A stretch of 64,000 bases of DNA, from assembly GCA_963727845.1 (NCBI GenBank), contig CAVSHI010000001.1, positions 87,308 to 151,307 of the forward strand. Reading direction: 5' to 3'. Position 1 is the stretch's first letter, and each line of letters starts with the position of its first letter. The translations under genes and the position numbers were made by a program. The notes beneath the pieces are model-generated. The model saw only the letters and a list, made by a program, of their open reading frames with translations, searched no databases and was not told the DNA's origin. Source of the stretch: Ignavibacteriota bacterium (lineage in GTDB: Bacteria > Bacteroidota > Ignavibacteria > UBA10030 > SZUA-254). Of this stretch, positions 19,510 to 30,500 are shown piece after piece.

Positions 19510-22245
19510 ATGAAATTCAATCTTCTGCTTCAAATTCCTGCTGTTGGCCTCCTGCTGACGCTGCTGTATGTAACTCCCGCGCTCGCCCAGTGGTCGACCA
19601 ACCCAAACACCAACAATGCCATCTGCACCGCGACAGGCAATCAACAGTCCCCTATCATCGTTTCAGACGGCTCGGGCGGCGCCATCATTACATGGTACGA
19701 CTATCGTAGCGGAAACTCGGACATCTACGCTCAACGCGTGAATGCTTCGGGCCTTGTGCAGTGGACCACCAACGGTGCTGCCATTTGCACGGTGCCAAGC
19801 GATCAATATACTCCCACCATTGTTTCAGACGGCTCGGGCGGCGCCATCATTACATGGACAGACTTTCGCCTTGGCAATGCTGACGTCTATGCCCAACGCG
19901 TGGATGCCTCAGGCGATCCACTGTGGTTTGGCGAGGGTGTTCCTATCTGCACGGAGACACATCAGCAACAAAATCTCAACATCGTCTCAGACGGCTCTCA
20001 CGGCGCCATTATAACATGGATGGACCCTCGCGGCAGCTACCCGCACATCTATGCCCAACGCGTCGATTCTTCGGGCGTTCCGCGGTGGACAACCAACGGT
20101 ATTGCCATCGACACGGCGACAGGGGGTCAATATTCTCCCATCATCGTTTCAGACGGCTCGGGCGGCGCCATCATTACGTGGAGCGACCTTCGCAGCGGCA
20201 ACTCTGACATCTATGCTCAGCGCGTGGATGCTTCCGGTGCTCCCCAGTGGATGACCGACGGTGTTCCCGTCTGCACGGAGGCACACAATCAACAGGATCT
20301 CACTATCGTTTCAGACGGCTCGGGCGGCGCCATCATTGCATGGGAAGACCAACGCAGCGGTAACTATGACATCTATGCCCAGGGCGTAAGTGCGTCCGGC
20401 ACCAGATTGTGGACGACCGACGGTGTTTCCATCTGCACGGCGTCAGGCGATCAAACGTATCCCACTCTCGTTTCAGACGGCTCGGGCGGCGCCATCATTA
20501 CATGGCAAGACCATCGCGGCAGTACCAATGACATCTATGCTCAGCGCATGAATGCTTCCGGCACTGTGCAGTGGACGAGCGACGGCGTTGCCATCGACAC
20601 GGCAACAGGCAATCAGCTAAATCCCATTATCGTTTCAGACGGCTCGGGCGGCGCCATCATTACATGGCAAGACCATCGCGGCAGTGACTACGATATCTAC
20701 GCCCAACGCGTGAATGCTTCCAGCGCTACGCAATGGACGGCGGGCGGTGTTCCCGTCTGCACGGCGGTACACGATCAATTGATTCCCACCATCGTTTCAG
20801 ACGGTTCGGGGGGCGCCATCATTACATGGCTAGACACTCGCAGCAGCGACTATGACATCTACGCTCAAAAGGTAGATGTCTACGGCTACTTGGGAAACAT
20901 GGCGCCGCAGATAGCCAAAGTGAAAGATGTTATCAATGACCAGGGCGGTAAAGTGACAGTTTCCTGGAGTCCATCATGCCTTGATGTTTATCCAAACACG
21001 ACCATCAAATCGTACTACATCTTCCGCGGCGTCAATGAAGTCATGGGGATGAAGAACATCAAAGCTCCGGGAGACTTCTTAAAGGAGATTTCAAGCGGAA
21101 AAGACCCCGGAAGCCTACTGCTAAAAACGCCCCGCTCTGCTCAGGGCGTAGATTCATACTACTGGGAATACATTGACAGCGTGCGAGCGCTCCGGTTGCC
21201 CGGATATTCCTACACAATGCCCACAGTTTCAGATTCCGGTCCACAAGGCACGGCAATGTGTTATGTAATGGTGATGGCGCGAACAAGTGACGAGCTGACG
21301 TACTGGTTCTCAACCGCCGACAGCGGCTACTCGGTTGACAACCTACCGCCGATTACCCCGCAGAACGCCGCGCTTCTCCCGATGGTGAACGGTTCCATCA
21401 ACATCCATTGGAATCCCGATAAGACCGACCCGGATGTCGGACATTTCAGCGTCTATCGCTCGACATCGAGCGGTTTCCCGCTGAACAACGGTACACGCCT
21501 GCAAACCACGGTCGACACGACCGTCACAGACTCTTCAGCCGAGGTCGGCCAGCAGTATTACTACCGGGTAACGGCGGTGGATATCCACGGCAACGAAAGC
21601 CAGCCCACGGCCGAGCTTCATACGGCGGCGCTGTCGGTCCAGCTTGCGTCGATGACTGCCACAACTCTCGCAACCGGGGTGCAAATAGAATGGACAACAG
21701 TGAGCGAAACCAACAGTCTGGGCTTCTACGTTGAACGCCGGGTACAAAACACCGGAGCTTATGCCACGGTGAGCAATTTGATCCCCGGTGCAGGAACAAC
21801 CTTGCAGCAACACCATTACCAATGGACGGATACGAAGGTAACGGACGGGAACTACAACTATCGGCTGAGACTCGTCGATCTGAGTGGTACCTGCACATAC
21901 TCGAACGCCATCGCGGTCACGGTGAGCGGGGTGACGGGAGTTAACGGGTCTTTGCCGACAGAGTTTGCCCTTGAGCAAAACTATCCTAATCCATTCAACC
22001 CGACAACGGTTATCAGTTATCAGTTGCCGGTTGCCAGTTACGTCACGCTAAAGGTGTACGACATGCTCGGGCAGGAAGTGGCAACACTCGTGAATGGAGC
22101 CCGAGATGCAGGTTACAAATCCGTGCAGTTCAGCGCGACGAATCTTCCGAGCGGTATTTACACCTACAGACTGACCGCCCGCCCAACAGACGGCGGGCAA
22201 GCGGGGACGTATGTGGAAGTGAAAAAAATGTTGCTCTTGAAGTGA
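19510..22245 (+). CDS. T9SS cargo protein, paralogue of 10812..13550 (8 repeats, FN3/Ig-like domains, sorting domain)
   Basis: GGAGGG RBS, eight SDGSGGAII repeats and an EQNYPNPFNPTT tail. Confidence 0.88.
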   Translation: MKFNLLLQIPAVGLLLTLLYVTPALAQWSTNPNTNNAICTATGNQQSPIIVSDGSGGAIITWYDYRSGNSDIYAQRVNASGLVQWTTNGAAICTVPSDQYTPTIVSDGSGGAIITWTDFRLGNADVYAQRVDASGDPLWFGEGVPICTETHQQQNLNIVSDGSHGAIITWMDPRGSYPHIYAQRVDSSGVPRWTTNGIAIDTATGGQYSPIIVSDGSGGAIITWSDLRSGNSDIYAQRVDASGAPQWMTDGVPVCTEAHNQQDLTIVSDGSGGAIIAWEDQRSGNYDIYAQGVSASGTRLWTTDGVSICTASGDQTYPTLVSDGSGGAIITWQDHRGSTNDIYAQRMNASGTVQWTSDGVAIDTATGNQLNPIIVSDGSGGAIITWQDHRGSDYDIYAQRVNASSATQWTAGGVPVCTAVHDQLIPTIVSDGSGGAIITWLDTRSSDYDIYAQKVDVYGYLGNMAPQIAKVKDVINDQGGKVTVSWSPSCLDVYPNTTIKSYYIFRGVNEVMGMKNIKAPGDFLKEISSGKDPGSLLLKTPRSAQGVDSYYWEYIDSVRALRLPGYSYTMPTVSDSGPQGTAMCYVMVMARTSDELTYWFSTADSGYSVDNLPPITPQNAALLPMVNGSINIHWNPDKTDPDVGHFSVYRSTSSGFPLNNGTRLQTTVDTTVTDSSAEVGQQYYYRVTAVDIHGNESQPTAELHTAALSVQLASMTATTLATGVQIEWTTVSETNSLGFYVERRVQNTGAYATVSNLIPGAGTTLQQHHYQWTDTKVTDGNYNYRLRLVDLSGTCTYSNAIAVTVSGVTGVNGSLPTEFALEQNYPNPFNPTTVISYQLPVASYVTLKVYDMLGQEVATLVNGARDAGYKSVQFSATNLPSGIYTYRLTARPTDGGQAGTYVEVKKMLLLK

Positions 22246-22267
22246 TACTCCCAGCTTCATCGTCAAA

Positions 22268-22452
22268 TCTGAACCGTGATTTATAGGATTAAAGGATTAC
22301 CATGATTAAATCAATCGAGGTAATCCTGTGAATCAAGCAAATCGTGGTTCAGACGGCAAAGAAAAATCTGAACCATGATTTATAGGATTGGAGGATTACC
22401 ATGATAAAATCAATCGAGGTAATCATGTGAATCGAGCGAATCGTGGTTCAGA
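22268..22452. repeat. Two tandem ~86-bp elements with inverted ends (22268-22353 and 22367-22452), MITE/REP-like
   Basis: TCTGAACC(G/A)TGATT...AATCGTGGTTCAGA termini; the two copies are near-identical. Confidence 0.8.
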
Positions 22453-22482
22453 CAGCGCTGGCGTTCCTGAAGCGCCTTGCCT

Positions 22483-22612
22483 GTAGATCCGGTCGCTGAC
22501 CGGACACGGAGCCACCGGTCGGGTCGGGAGCGAATTTATCCGCCGATCTTCATGGCGGAGCTCCCTCCCAGCGGGGTCTATGAAGCTGGGAGGGAGTTCC
22601 TACTCCCGACCC
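22483..22612. repeat. GTAG-type REP/REPIN-like element, copy 2
   Basis: GTAGATCCGGTCGCTGACCGGACACGG...GGGTCGGGAG...GCTGGGAGGGAG...CTCCCGACCC. Confidence 0.7.
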
Positions 22613-22683
22613 ATCATCGTTGCAGGAGGCGATCCCGGAGTTGATTTTCTCTCCGACAAAAGCTACCTTAATCCCCGACAACC

Positions 22684-23241
22684 ATGAAGGAACAATCTTC
22701 CATGAAAGTAACACTTGAAGAAAACATCCGTATTGATACTGTCCGAACTGTGGCAGAACACATGCTTGTCGCCGCCCGAACTGCTCCCAAAGCAAGAGGG
22801 ATCGACAATTTATCAATCGCAATGGTGGACAAAGAGGGAATTAAGAAACTTTCCGACAAGCTGAAGGAAATGGCCGGTCGTGCGGAAACGATGGCGCATC
22901 TCATGCGCGACGCGAACAATATCCTTGCGGCAGACCAGCTCGTGCTGATTGGAACGAGAGTGAAAAGCATCGGTCTCCGATCCTGCAATATGTGCGGGTT
23001 TCGAAATTGTGACGAGAAAGACAAACATCCGGAAGTTCCATGCGTCTTTAACCCCGGGGATCTGGGAATCGCCATCGGTTCGGCGGTGAGCGTTGCAATC
23101 GATGCGAGAGTTGACAATAGGATCATGTACAGTGTCGGACAGGCGGCGCTGGAAATGAAACTGCTGGGAGAAGATGTGAGGATCGCATTCGGCATCCCGT
23201 TGAGTGTGAGTGCGAAGAATCCCTTTTTCGACAGAAAGTGA
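22684..23241 (+). CDS. DUF2148 ferredoxin-like (nitroreductase-fold) protein
   Basis: AARTAPKARG, CNMCGFRNC, DLGIAIGSA and VDNRIMYSVG. The start may be 22702. Confidence 0.85.
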   Translation: MKEQSSMKVTLEENIRIDTVRTVAEHMLVAARTAPKARGIDNLSIAMVDKEGIKKLSDKLKEMAGRAETMAHLMRDANNILAADQLVLIGTRVKSIGLRSCNMCGFRNCDEKDKHPEVPCVFNPGDLGIAIGSAVSVAIDARVDNRIMYSVGQAALEMKLLGEDVRIAFGIPLSVSAKNPFFDRK

Positions 23242-23303
23242 AGGAAGTGATGTGAAGGGCAATCGAAACCCGGGTCATTGGTTTAATATTTAGAGGCAAC
23301 ACA

Positions 23304-23711
23304 ATGGGGCAGATCAGAACATTAATTACCATCGTATCCTTACTCCTTGTCGGCGCCGGACTGTTCTTCGGAATCCGGATGCTGATGTTTGTTCACTCGG
23401 CTGAACATGCCAGTGGAACCGTAACCTCTGTCGGCCGACTTTCAGAGCCGGGGAGTGGGTTTCCCGCCTTGATCTCTTTTCACGACAGAAGCGGGTATCC
23501 GTACGAATTCAAAATATATACGCGATTCCGGTTGCCCGGAACAACTTTCACGGAGGGCGAGGCAGTCGATGTGCTCTACGATGCCAAAGACCCGAAGGGC
23601 TCGGCGGAGGTGAACAACATCATCAGGTTATGGGCCAGGCCGGCGATCTGCCTCCTGGTAGGTCTTTTGTTCTTGATGCTGCGCATGCGCCTGCCGGCCG
23701 GCGTCATATAA
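23304..23711 (+). CDS. DUF3592-like membrane protein
   Basis: N-terminal TM, ASGTVT...GEAVDVLYDAKDP, C-terminal TM. Confidence 0.7.
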   Translation: MGQIRTLITIVSLLLVGAGLFFGIRMLMFVHSAEHASGTVTSVGRLSEPGSGFPALISFHDRSGYPYEFKIYTRFRLPGTTFTEGEAVDVLYDAKDPKGSAEVNNIIRLWARPAICLLVGLLFLMLRMRLPAGVI

Positions 23712-23738
23712 TGAAAAGATCTTCTATACAGTAGGAGG

Positions 23739-24008
23739 TTGACCTTCTTGGATCGGGAAACCGGGACACACGATGGGAAAGGGAAAACCGTACGCGTATC
23801 GCTCGACACGAAAGGCAGAAAGGGGAAAACCGTAACCCTGATCTCCGGTCTACGGCATAATCCCGCAACCATGGAAGGCATTGCGCGAATACTGAAACAG
23901 TATTGCGGTGCGGGCGGTACGGTGAAAGAGGGAAATATTGAAATCCAGGGAGACCAGCGCGTCAAGGTGGCCGAAAAACTCCGCGGATTGCGGTATGTTG
24001 TCAAGTGA
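23739..24008 (+). CDS. yciH: Translation initiation factor SUI1/YciH
   Basis: KGRKGKTVTLISG...LKQYCGAGGTVKEGNIEIQGDQR. The start may be the TTG at 23748, 9 nt after AGGAGG. Confidence 0.88.
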   Translation: MTFLDRETGTHDGKGKTVRVSLDTKGRKGKTVTLISGLRHNPATMEGIARILKQYCGAGGTVKEGNIEIQGDQRVKVAEKLRGLRYVVK

Positions 24009-24019
24009 GCGCATCCTGA

Positions 24020-24910
24020 ATGTCCTTTCTCGGTGAGTTCAGTGCGCTGCTCACTGCCTGCTTCTGGTCCGGAAGCTCGATGGCGTTCGCGTCTGCCGCC
24101 AGACGCGCGGGTGCGTTCCAGGTCAACGTCACGCGGCTGATCCTGGCGGCCGGGTATCTCGTTCTTCTGATCGGCGTGATGCGGTTCGACCTTACGATGT
24201 CTGCCACGCAAGTCATCAGCCTTTCTGCCAGCGGCATCATCGGACTTTCCCTTGGCGATACCTTCCTGTTCAAAGCCTACGAGCGGGTCGGCGCGCGCAT
24301 TACGATGCTCTTCATGTCCATGGCTCCCGCCATCGCGGCGGGACTCGCTTTCTGGTTGTTGGATGAAGGAATCTCCACAACCGGCGTTTTCGGAATGCTC
24401 ATCACGTTGATTGGAATCAGTATCGTCGTATTTGAGCCGGGACTGAATGCATCCCCGGGAGTCTCGCTTACCGCCGCCGGGATCGTGTATGCTCTTTTGG
24501 CGGCATTCGGCCAGGGTGCCGGGCTGGTCGTGGCGAAAATGGCTTTCCGTGAATCTGCGCTCAATGGATTTGTCGCAACGGCGGTTCGAATTCTGGCTTC
24601 GCTGGTCGTTCTTCTTCCTTTTGCGCTGTTGACCAAGCGGTACAGTCATCCGTACACGACCTTCTCGAGCGATCGGAAAGCTTTTCTCCTGACGGTGATC
24701 GGTTCCGTACTTGGACCCTTTCTCGGGATAACATCCAGTCTTATTGCCATTCAACACACCAGTGTCGGTGTCGCAGCTACGCTTATGGCGACCGTCCCCA
24801 TTCTCATGCTGCCGCTGGTCAGAATCATCTATAAGGAAAAGCTGACGCGGCGGGCTATCACGGGGGCATTCATAGCGGTCGCCGGGGTTGCGGTATTGTT
24901 CCTGAGATAA
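24020..24910 (+). CDS. DMT/EamA-family transporter
   Basis: About ten hydrophobic helices in two EamA-like halves. Confidence 0.85.
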   Translation: MSFLGEFSALLTACFWSGSSMAFASAARRAGAFQVNVTRLILAAGYLVLLIGVMRFDLTMSATQVISLSASGIIGLSLGDTFLFKAYERVGARITMLFMSMAPAIAAGLAFWLLDEGISTTGVFGMLITLIGISIVVFEPGLNASPGVSLTAAGIVYALLAAFGQGAGLVVAKMAFRESALNGFVATAVRILASLVVLLPFALLTKRYSHPYTTFSSDRKAFLLTVIGSVLGPFLGITSSLIAIQHTSVGVAATLMATVPILMLPLVRIIYKEKLTRRAITGAFIAVAGVAVLFLR

Positions 24911-25140
24911 TGTTGCAATGGTCCGGGTAATGGCCGATTGCGTGTCTTTGTGCCTTTGTGGTTTGAAGTATTATCTCATTATCAGCCGGAGGCCGGAAGA
25001 TGGGGTGGCACCGCACTCACGATTGAAATTGCTACACCATCCAGGTTTGCATATCTTGCAATCCTCGCAAATTCTTCCTACAATGTATGCCACAATTGAC
25101 AACCAACCAAAAGAATTGAATCACAATTTAAATATGGCCT

Positions 25141-27183
25141 ATGAAAAACCACATTCTCTTCCTCTTTGTTGTACTGCCCCTGGCAGCCGCGCTCATATCA
25201 AGCTGTCGTAATGCACCCATGAACGAAGATATTCTTCAAAAAAACCTTGATACGACTGTCAGTCCCGGAAAGGACTTCTTCAAGTACGCCAACGGGACAT
25301 GGCTGAAACAAAATCCGATCCCCGCATCGGAAAGCCACTGGGGAATAGGCAACCTCGTGCAGGAAGAAACGTACACCCGGCTGAGAGAAATAAGCCGGAA
25401 CGCCGCGAAGGACATGAATGCCAAACCCGGGACGGCGCTCCAGAAAATCGGCGACTTCTATTATACGGGAATGGATTCAGCGGGAATCGAGGAGAATGGA
25501 ATCCGTCCCCTTCAACCGGAGTTCGACAGGATCAATGCAATAACCGACCTGAAAAGCCTCCTGGACGTTGTGTCGCTTTTCAAGACATACCGGATCAGCG
25601 TGATGTTCAGTCTTCCCATTTACCAGGACGAAAAGAACAGCGACAAGATGGCTATGCACATCTGGCAGGGAGGACTGGGACTGCCGAACCGGGATTACTA
25701 CTTCAACAAAGACGCGAGAACCGAGAACATCCGGAAGCAGTATATAGCTCATGTGACCCGCATGATGCAGCTGCTCGGGGAGGATTCCGCGACGGCCGGC
25801 AAACACAGCGCGACAAATATGAAGATCGAGACGGACCTTGCCGCGCAGTCACGCAAACTGGAAGACCTCCGCGATCCATACAAAAACTACAACAAGATGG
25901 CGGTGAATGCACTGGGAAAACTCACGCCCTCGCTCAACTGGAAGGAATTGCTCGGTAAAGCCGGGATGAAGAACCCCGATACCGTCATCGTTGGACAACC
26001 GGAATTTTTCAAAGAACTGGAGCGCTCCCTGAAAGCCGTCAGCATCGACGACTGGAAAACATACCTGCGCTGGCATCTCGTCCACGCTTTCGCGGATAAG
26101 CTGAGCACCCCATTCGACAACGAACATTTTCGATTCTACGGTCAGGTGCTGGAAGGCAAGAAGACGCAGCGTGAGCGCTGGAAACGGGTTCTCGATAACG
26201 AAGAGAATGCCATGGGCGAGCTGCTGGGACAATTGTACGTTGAAAAGTACTTCTCCGTGGCGACGAAAAAGAGGTATGAAACTCTCGTCAACAATATCCT
26301 GGAGACGTACAAAGAACGCATTCAACAACTCGACTGGATGTCGCCTGCCACGAAGGAGAAGTCTCTTGCCAAGCTGGCCTCCGTCATGAAGAAGGTCGGC
26401 TATCCCGATAAATGGAAAGACTACTCAGCGCTGAGTATAAGCCGGGATTCCTATGTGATGAACGTCCTGAGGGCGAACGTTTGGTCGTTCAACTATGAAA
26501 TGAATAAACTTGGCAAGCCCGTAGACCGGACAGAATGGGACATGACGCCGCAGACGTACAATGCCTACTACAATCCGAGCAATAACGAGATCGTGCTCCC
26601 GGCGGCAAGTTTCATCATACCGGGCGTCCCCGATTCGCTCGCGGACGACGCGCTCATTTACTCCTATGCCGGCGGATCCACCATCGGACATGAAATCACG
26701 CACGGATTTGACGATGAGGGGAGACAGTATGATGCCCAGGGAAATCTCAGGAACTGGTGGACGAAAGACGATGAGAAGAAGTTCAACGACCGGGCAGCGG
26801 TAATGGTGAAACAATTCAACGACTATGTGGTTCTGGATAGCATGCACATTAATGGCAAGGCGTGTCTCGGCGAAAATATCGCCGACCTTGGCGGTGTGAT
26901 CCTGGGATATGAAGCGTTCCAGAAAACTGAACAAGCAAAATCCGGGCAACTGATCGGCGGACTGACCCCCGACCAGCGGTATTTCCTCGGCTATGCGCTC
27001 TCGTGGCTCGGCCACCAGCGTGATCAGCGGCTTGCCAGGCAGGTCATGACCGATGTGCACTCTCCCGAATTTCTACGGGTGAACGGCCCGCTTGCCAACG
27101 TACCGGAATTTTACAAAGCGTTTAATGTCAAGCCGGGCGATCCGATGTATTTGCCGGAGAATCAGAGGGTCAGGATCTGGTGA
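25141..27183 (+). CDS. M13-family metallopeptidase (neprilysin/PepO-like) lipoprotein
   Basis: Lipobox LISSC, VNA-like YNAYY, HEITH, GENIAD and DVHSP. Confidence 0.93.
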   Translation: MKNHILFLFVVLPLAAALISSCRNAPMNEDILQKNLDTTVSPGKDFFKYANGTWLKQNPIPASESHWGIGNLVQEETYTRLREISRNAAKDMNAKPGTALQKIGDFYYTGMDSAGIEENGIRPLQPEFDRINAITDLKSLLDVVSLFKTYRISVMFSLPIYQDEKNSDKMAMHIWQGGLGLPNRDYYFNKDARTENIRKQYIAHVTRMMQLLGEDSATAGKHSATNMKIETDLAAQSRKLEDLRDPYKNYNKMAVNALGKLTPSLNWKELLGKAGMKNPDTVIVGQPEFFKELERSLKAVSIDDWKTYLRWHLVHAFADKLSTPFDNEHFRFYGQVLEGKKTQRERWKRVLDNEENAMGELLGQLYVEKYFSVATKKRYETLVNNILETYKERIQQLDWMSPATKEKSLAKLASVMKKVGYPDKWKDYSALSISRDSYVMNVLRANVWSFNYEMNKLGKPVDRTEWDMTPQTYNAYYNPSNNEIVLPAASFIIPGVPDSLADDALIYSYAGGSTIGHEITHGFDDEGRQYDAQGNLRNWWTKDDEKKFNDRAAVMVKQFNDYVVLDSMHINGKACLGENIADLGGVILGYEAFQKTEQAKSGQLIGGLTPDQRYFLGYALSWLGHQRDQRLARQVMTDVHSPEFLRVNGPLANVPEFYKAFNVKPGDPMYLPENQRVRIW

Positions 27184-27192
27184 TCCAATTGA

Positions 27193-27298
27193 TTGTCATT
27201 CTGAACGGAACGAAGTGGAGTGAAGAATCTCACTCCCATTCGAACAGAGAGATGTTTCTCCCGTCGCATGAAAAACTGCGACGGGATCAACATGACAA
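27193..27298. repeat. Degenerate GTCATTCTGA...GAAGAATCT-type REP-like palindrome
   Basis: TGTCATTCTGAACGGAACGAAGTGGAGTGAAGAATCTC...GAGATGTTTC...CATGACA. Confidence 0.5.
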
Positions 27299-27385
27299 GA
27301 TAAAAGACTTTTTGGTCAGCTACTAGGGGCGATATCTTGCGTGGAGTTCTGTAGTTTAGAACTGATACGCACCGAAACATGCATT

Positions 27386-27418
27386 AATAAAGAACCCCGG
27401 CCATTTCTGACCGGGGTT
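27386..27418 (-). terminator. Terminator between convergent genes
   Basis: AACCCCGG / CCGGGGTT stem; the minus strand is followed by CTTTATT. Confidence 0.6.
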
Positions 27419-27517
27419 TGCTATCTATGCTCCGTTCGGCGTCCCCGCCGAAACGTTCAAAGCAGACCAAGCCTTATAGAGAATGGCCGCTGAGCGGCGC
27501 TCCCTGGCGACTGCGTT

Positions 27518-30500
27518 CTATTCCTGCTTCCATTCCGGCATTCTTCCCGGTGTCCACGGTGAACCAGCCCTTTCCATCGCTTTCTCGAGCCCCGCAAGGT
27601 CGACATCCACGAGCGCGTGGAGTTTCTCAAGCTCTTTGCCGAACGACTCGGCGCTCATCGTGTAAGCGTCAATGTCCGTTTGCGTCGGGCGTGATGTTGA
27701 AGTTCGTCCATCATCAACGCTTCTGCTGATCCGGTCGCCGATGGAAACCGGCGAGTTCTCATTTCGTGAACGCAGCGTATTGTCGCCCTGCAGATTGCGG
27801 AGGATGGTTGTCAACCGGCTTTCTATTGAAAGTTCCTCGGTGATGAGGTTGTCAACAGGTGCGGCTGTTTCCTGCAACGCGCGTTTAATTGAGCCAAGCC
27901 GGGATTTTACTTCGTTTGCAACCTGAACTGCGCCGTGAAAAGCACGCTGGAGCCGGGCGGCCTTTTGCTGGAATTCAACGAGAGCTTTTCTATCCTCTGT
28001 TTGCATTGTTGCCTGTCCGGGTACGTACACGGTAAACGTTTGCGGTTCACCAAGTTGCGTGACAATCCCCGAGACCCGTTTGGCAAGGGTGACGGTATAT
28101 TTCCCGGGCATCACCAGCGGACCGCCTTCGGGCGTTTCATCGCTTCCGGGGGGCGGGGCTGAAGAAAGCGTCGGTAACGGGTACCGGAGATCCCATGTCG
28201 TTCGGTGCACGCCTTTTGAGCTCGAGCCTGCGAGCCTGCGGACAACTTTTCCCTCACTGTCGGTAATCGTTAGAATGACCGACGGCGTTTCTTCTTCATC
28301 TTCCGCCCGCAGTTCCTCCGCTGTAGGATATCGAACGGGCTGCTTTTTCTTCTCGGCTTCTTTTTCAGCGTCCCGGCGGATTTCCCTCCTGGTTTTCAGA
28401 GCGTCCTTCAAATAGTACGTCACCGTGGCGCCGAAGGAAGGATTGGGTGCGGTGAAGAACGATTCGCCCTGGTCTGCTTTTCCGGATCCGCCAAGCGGCT
28501 GGGCAAGGATAAACATCGGTGCATCCTTGACCGGGAATGTCAGCGCGTCACCGGCGAGCAATTCGGGTCTGAGTGATCGCAGTGGAGTATAATCGTCTAG
28601 GACATAAAATCCTCTGCCAAATGTTGCCGCGACAAGGTCGTTTTCTCTCTTCTGAATTGCAAGGTCGCGTACGGCGATCGTAGGCAGTCCGCCTTTGAGC
28701 TGGATCCACTTCGTTCCGCCGTCGACCGTGAAGAAGAGTCCGAATTCAGTACCCGCAAATAGCAGATTCCGGTTCACATGATCCTCGGCGATCGCGAGCA
28801 CAGGTCCGTTGGGAGGAAGGTTCCCCGCGACCGATTCCCAGGATTTGCCGGCGTCGGTGCTTCTCAAGACGTATGGAGCGAAATCGCTGTTCTTGTGGTT
28901 ATCGAAGGCCGCGTACACTGTATTCACATCAAGCTGCGATGCCAGGAGACGGCTCACGTAGGTACGCTCGGGAACGCCGGGAAATTTCTCGATCTTGGTC
29001 CAGGTTAAACCGCCATCCTGTGTGACATGAATCAGGCCGTCATCCGTCCCGACGTAGATCAGTCCTTCTTTCATCGGAGATTCAAAGAGCGCGGTGCAGT
29101 TTCCGTACAACGAGGTCGACGCATTTTTTGCCACCGCTTCCGCTCCCCACACTTTTCCCATTACCGGGAGAGCATTCCGGTCGATCTGGCGGCTGAGGTC
29201 GTCACTGATAGCCTTCCATGTGTCTCCACGGTCGTCGCTGCGAAACAGCTTGTTTGCCGCATAATACAATCGTGTGTGACTGTGCGGGCTGACAATCAAC
29301 GGCGAATCCCAATTCCACCGCAAACCCATCGCACCTTGTTCCGGCAGCGGCTGAATGCCCAGCTCTTCTCCTGTGCGGCGGTCATAACGCACGAGCCCGC
29401 CGTACTGGCTTTCACTATAGACGATATTCGGATCCTCGGGGTCGACACGCGACTGGAATCCGTCGCCGCCGGTCGTGACAAACCAGTCAGCGTTTGTAAT
29501 TCCCGATGCGTTGCGGGTCCGGGAGGGTCCCCCAACGGAGGCATTGTCCTGGGTGCCACCGTAGACAAAGTAAAAGGGGGTTGAATTGTCGACGCACACG
29601 TCATAGAATTGAGTGACGGGAAGATTTGCTTTGAATGCCCATGACTGTGCGCGGTCGAAACTTTCGTACAATCCTCCATCGCATCCGACCAGGTAATGGC
29701 TGGTATTGGCCGGATCAATCCACATGGCGTGATTGTCGACGTGTTTCGATTTCTCACCCAGTCGTGAGAAGGTTTTTCCGCCGTCGTCGGTCACCATGAT
29801 AAGCATATCCATCAGATAAACGCGGTCGACGTTCCTGGGGTCCGGCACGATCGTTCCGTAGTACATGGGCGCGCTTGCGACGAAGTCGTTTCGCTTTTCC
29901 CAGCTTGCTCCATAATCAAGGCTACGGAAGAAACCTCCGTTCTTCGAAGCCGCTTCGATTGTCGCGTACACGACCCGGGAGTCGACGGGCGATATTGCCA
30001 GCCCGATTCGACCGACATCATCGGAGGGCAAGCCATTTTTCAGCTTCGACCATGTTGCTCCCGCGTCGGTGGATTTGTAAATGGCCGATTCGGGACCTCC
30101 ATCGATCAGTGTCCACACGTGCCGCCGGCGCTGATACGATGCGGCATAGAGGACATCAGGATTCTTCGGATCGAAGACGATATCGGTGACGCCCGTGTTC
30201 TCACTGATGAAGAGAACATTTTTCCACGACGTCCCGCCGTCCGTGCTCTTGAACAATCCGCGCTCGCCGCCCGGTCCCCAGAGCGGTCCTTGAGAAGCGA
30301 CGTAGACGATGTTACTGTTCCGCGGGTCGACGAGAACGCGGGCAATGTGCTCGGATTTCTTGAGACCCATATTTTTCCAGGATTTTCCCCCGTCATCCGA
30401 ACGATACACGCCATCGCCATAGCCGACGCTGCGCTGGCTGTGGTTCTCTCCCGTTCCTACCCAGACGACCATGGGATTGTTTGGGTCGATACTCACGCAC

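Noticed and set aside
10812-22245. Diversity-generating retroelement acting on the paralogues
   Set aside because: No reverse transcriptase, and no template/variable pair with adenine-specific differences.
22268-22452. Possible CRISPR array
   Set aside because: Only two ~86-bp units with a 13-bp gap; wrong size and organisation.
23711-23748. Possible frameshifted longer N-terminus of yciH (ATGAAAAGAT)
   Set aside because: An AGGAGG with a TTG 9 nt downstream gives an adequate start without invoking an error.
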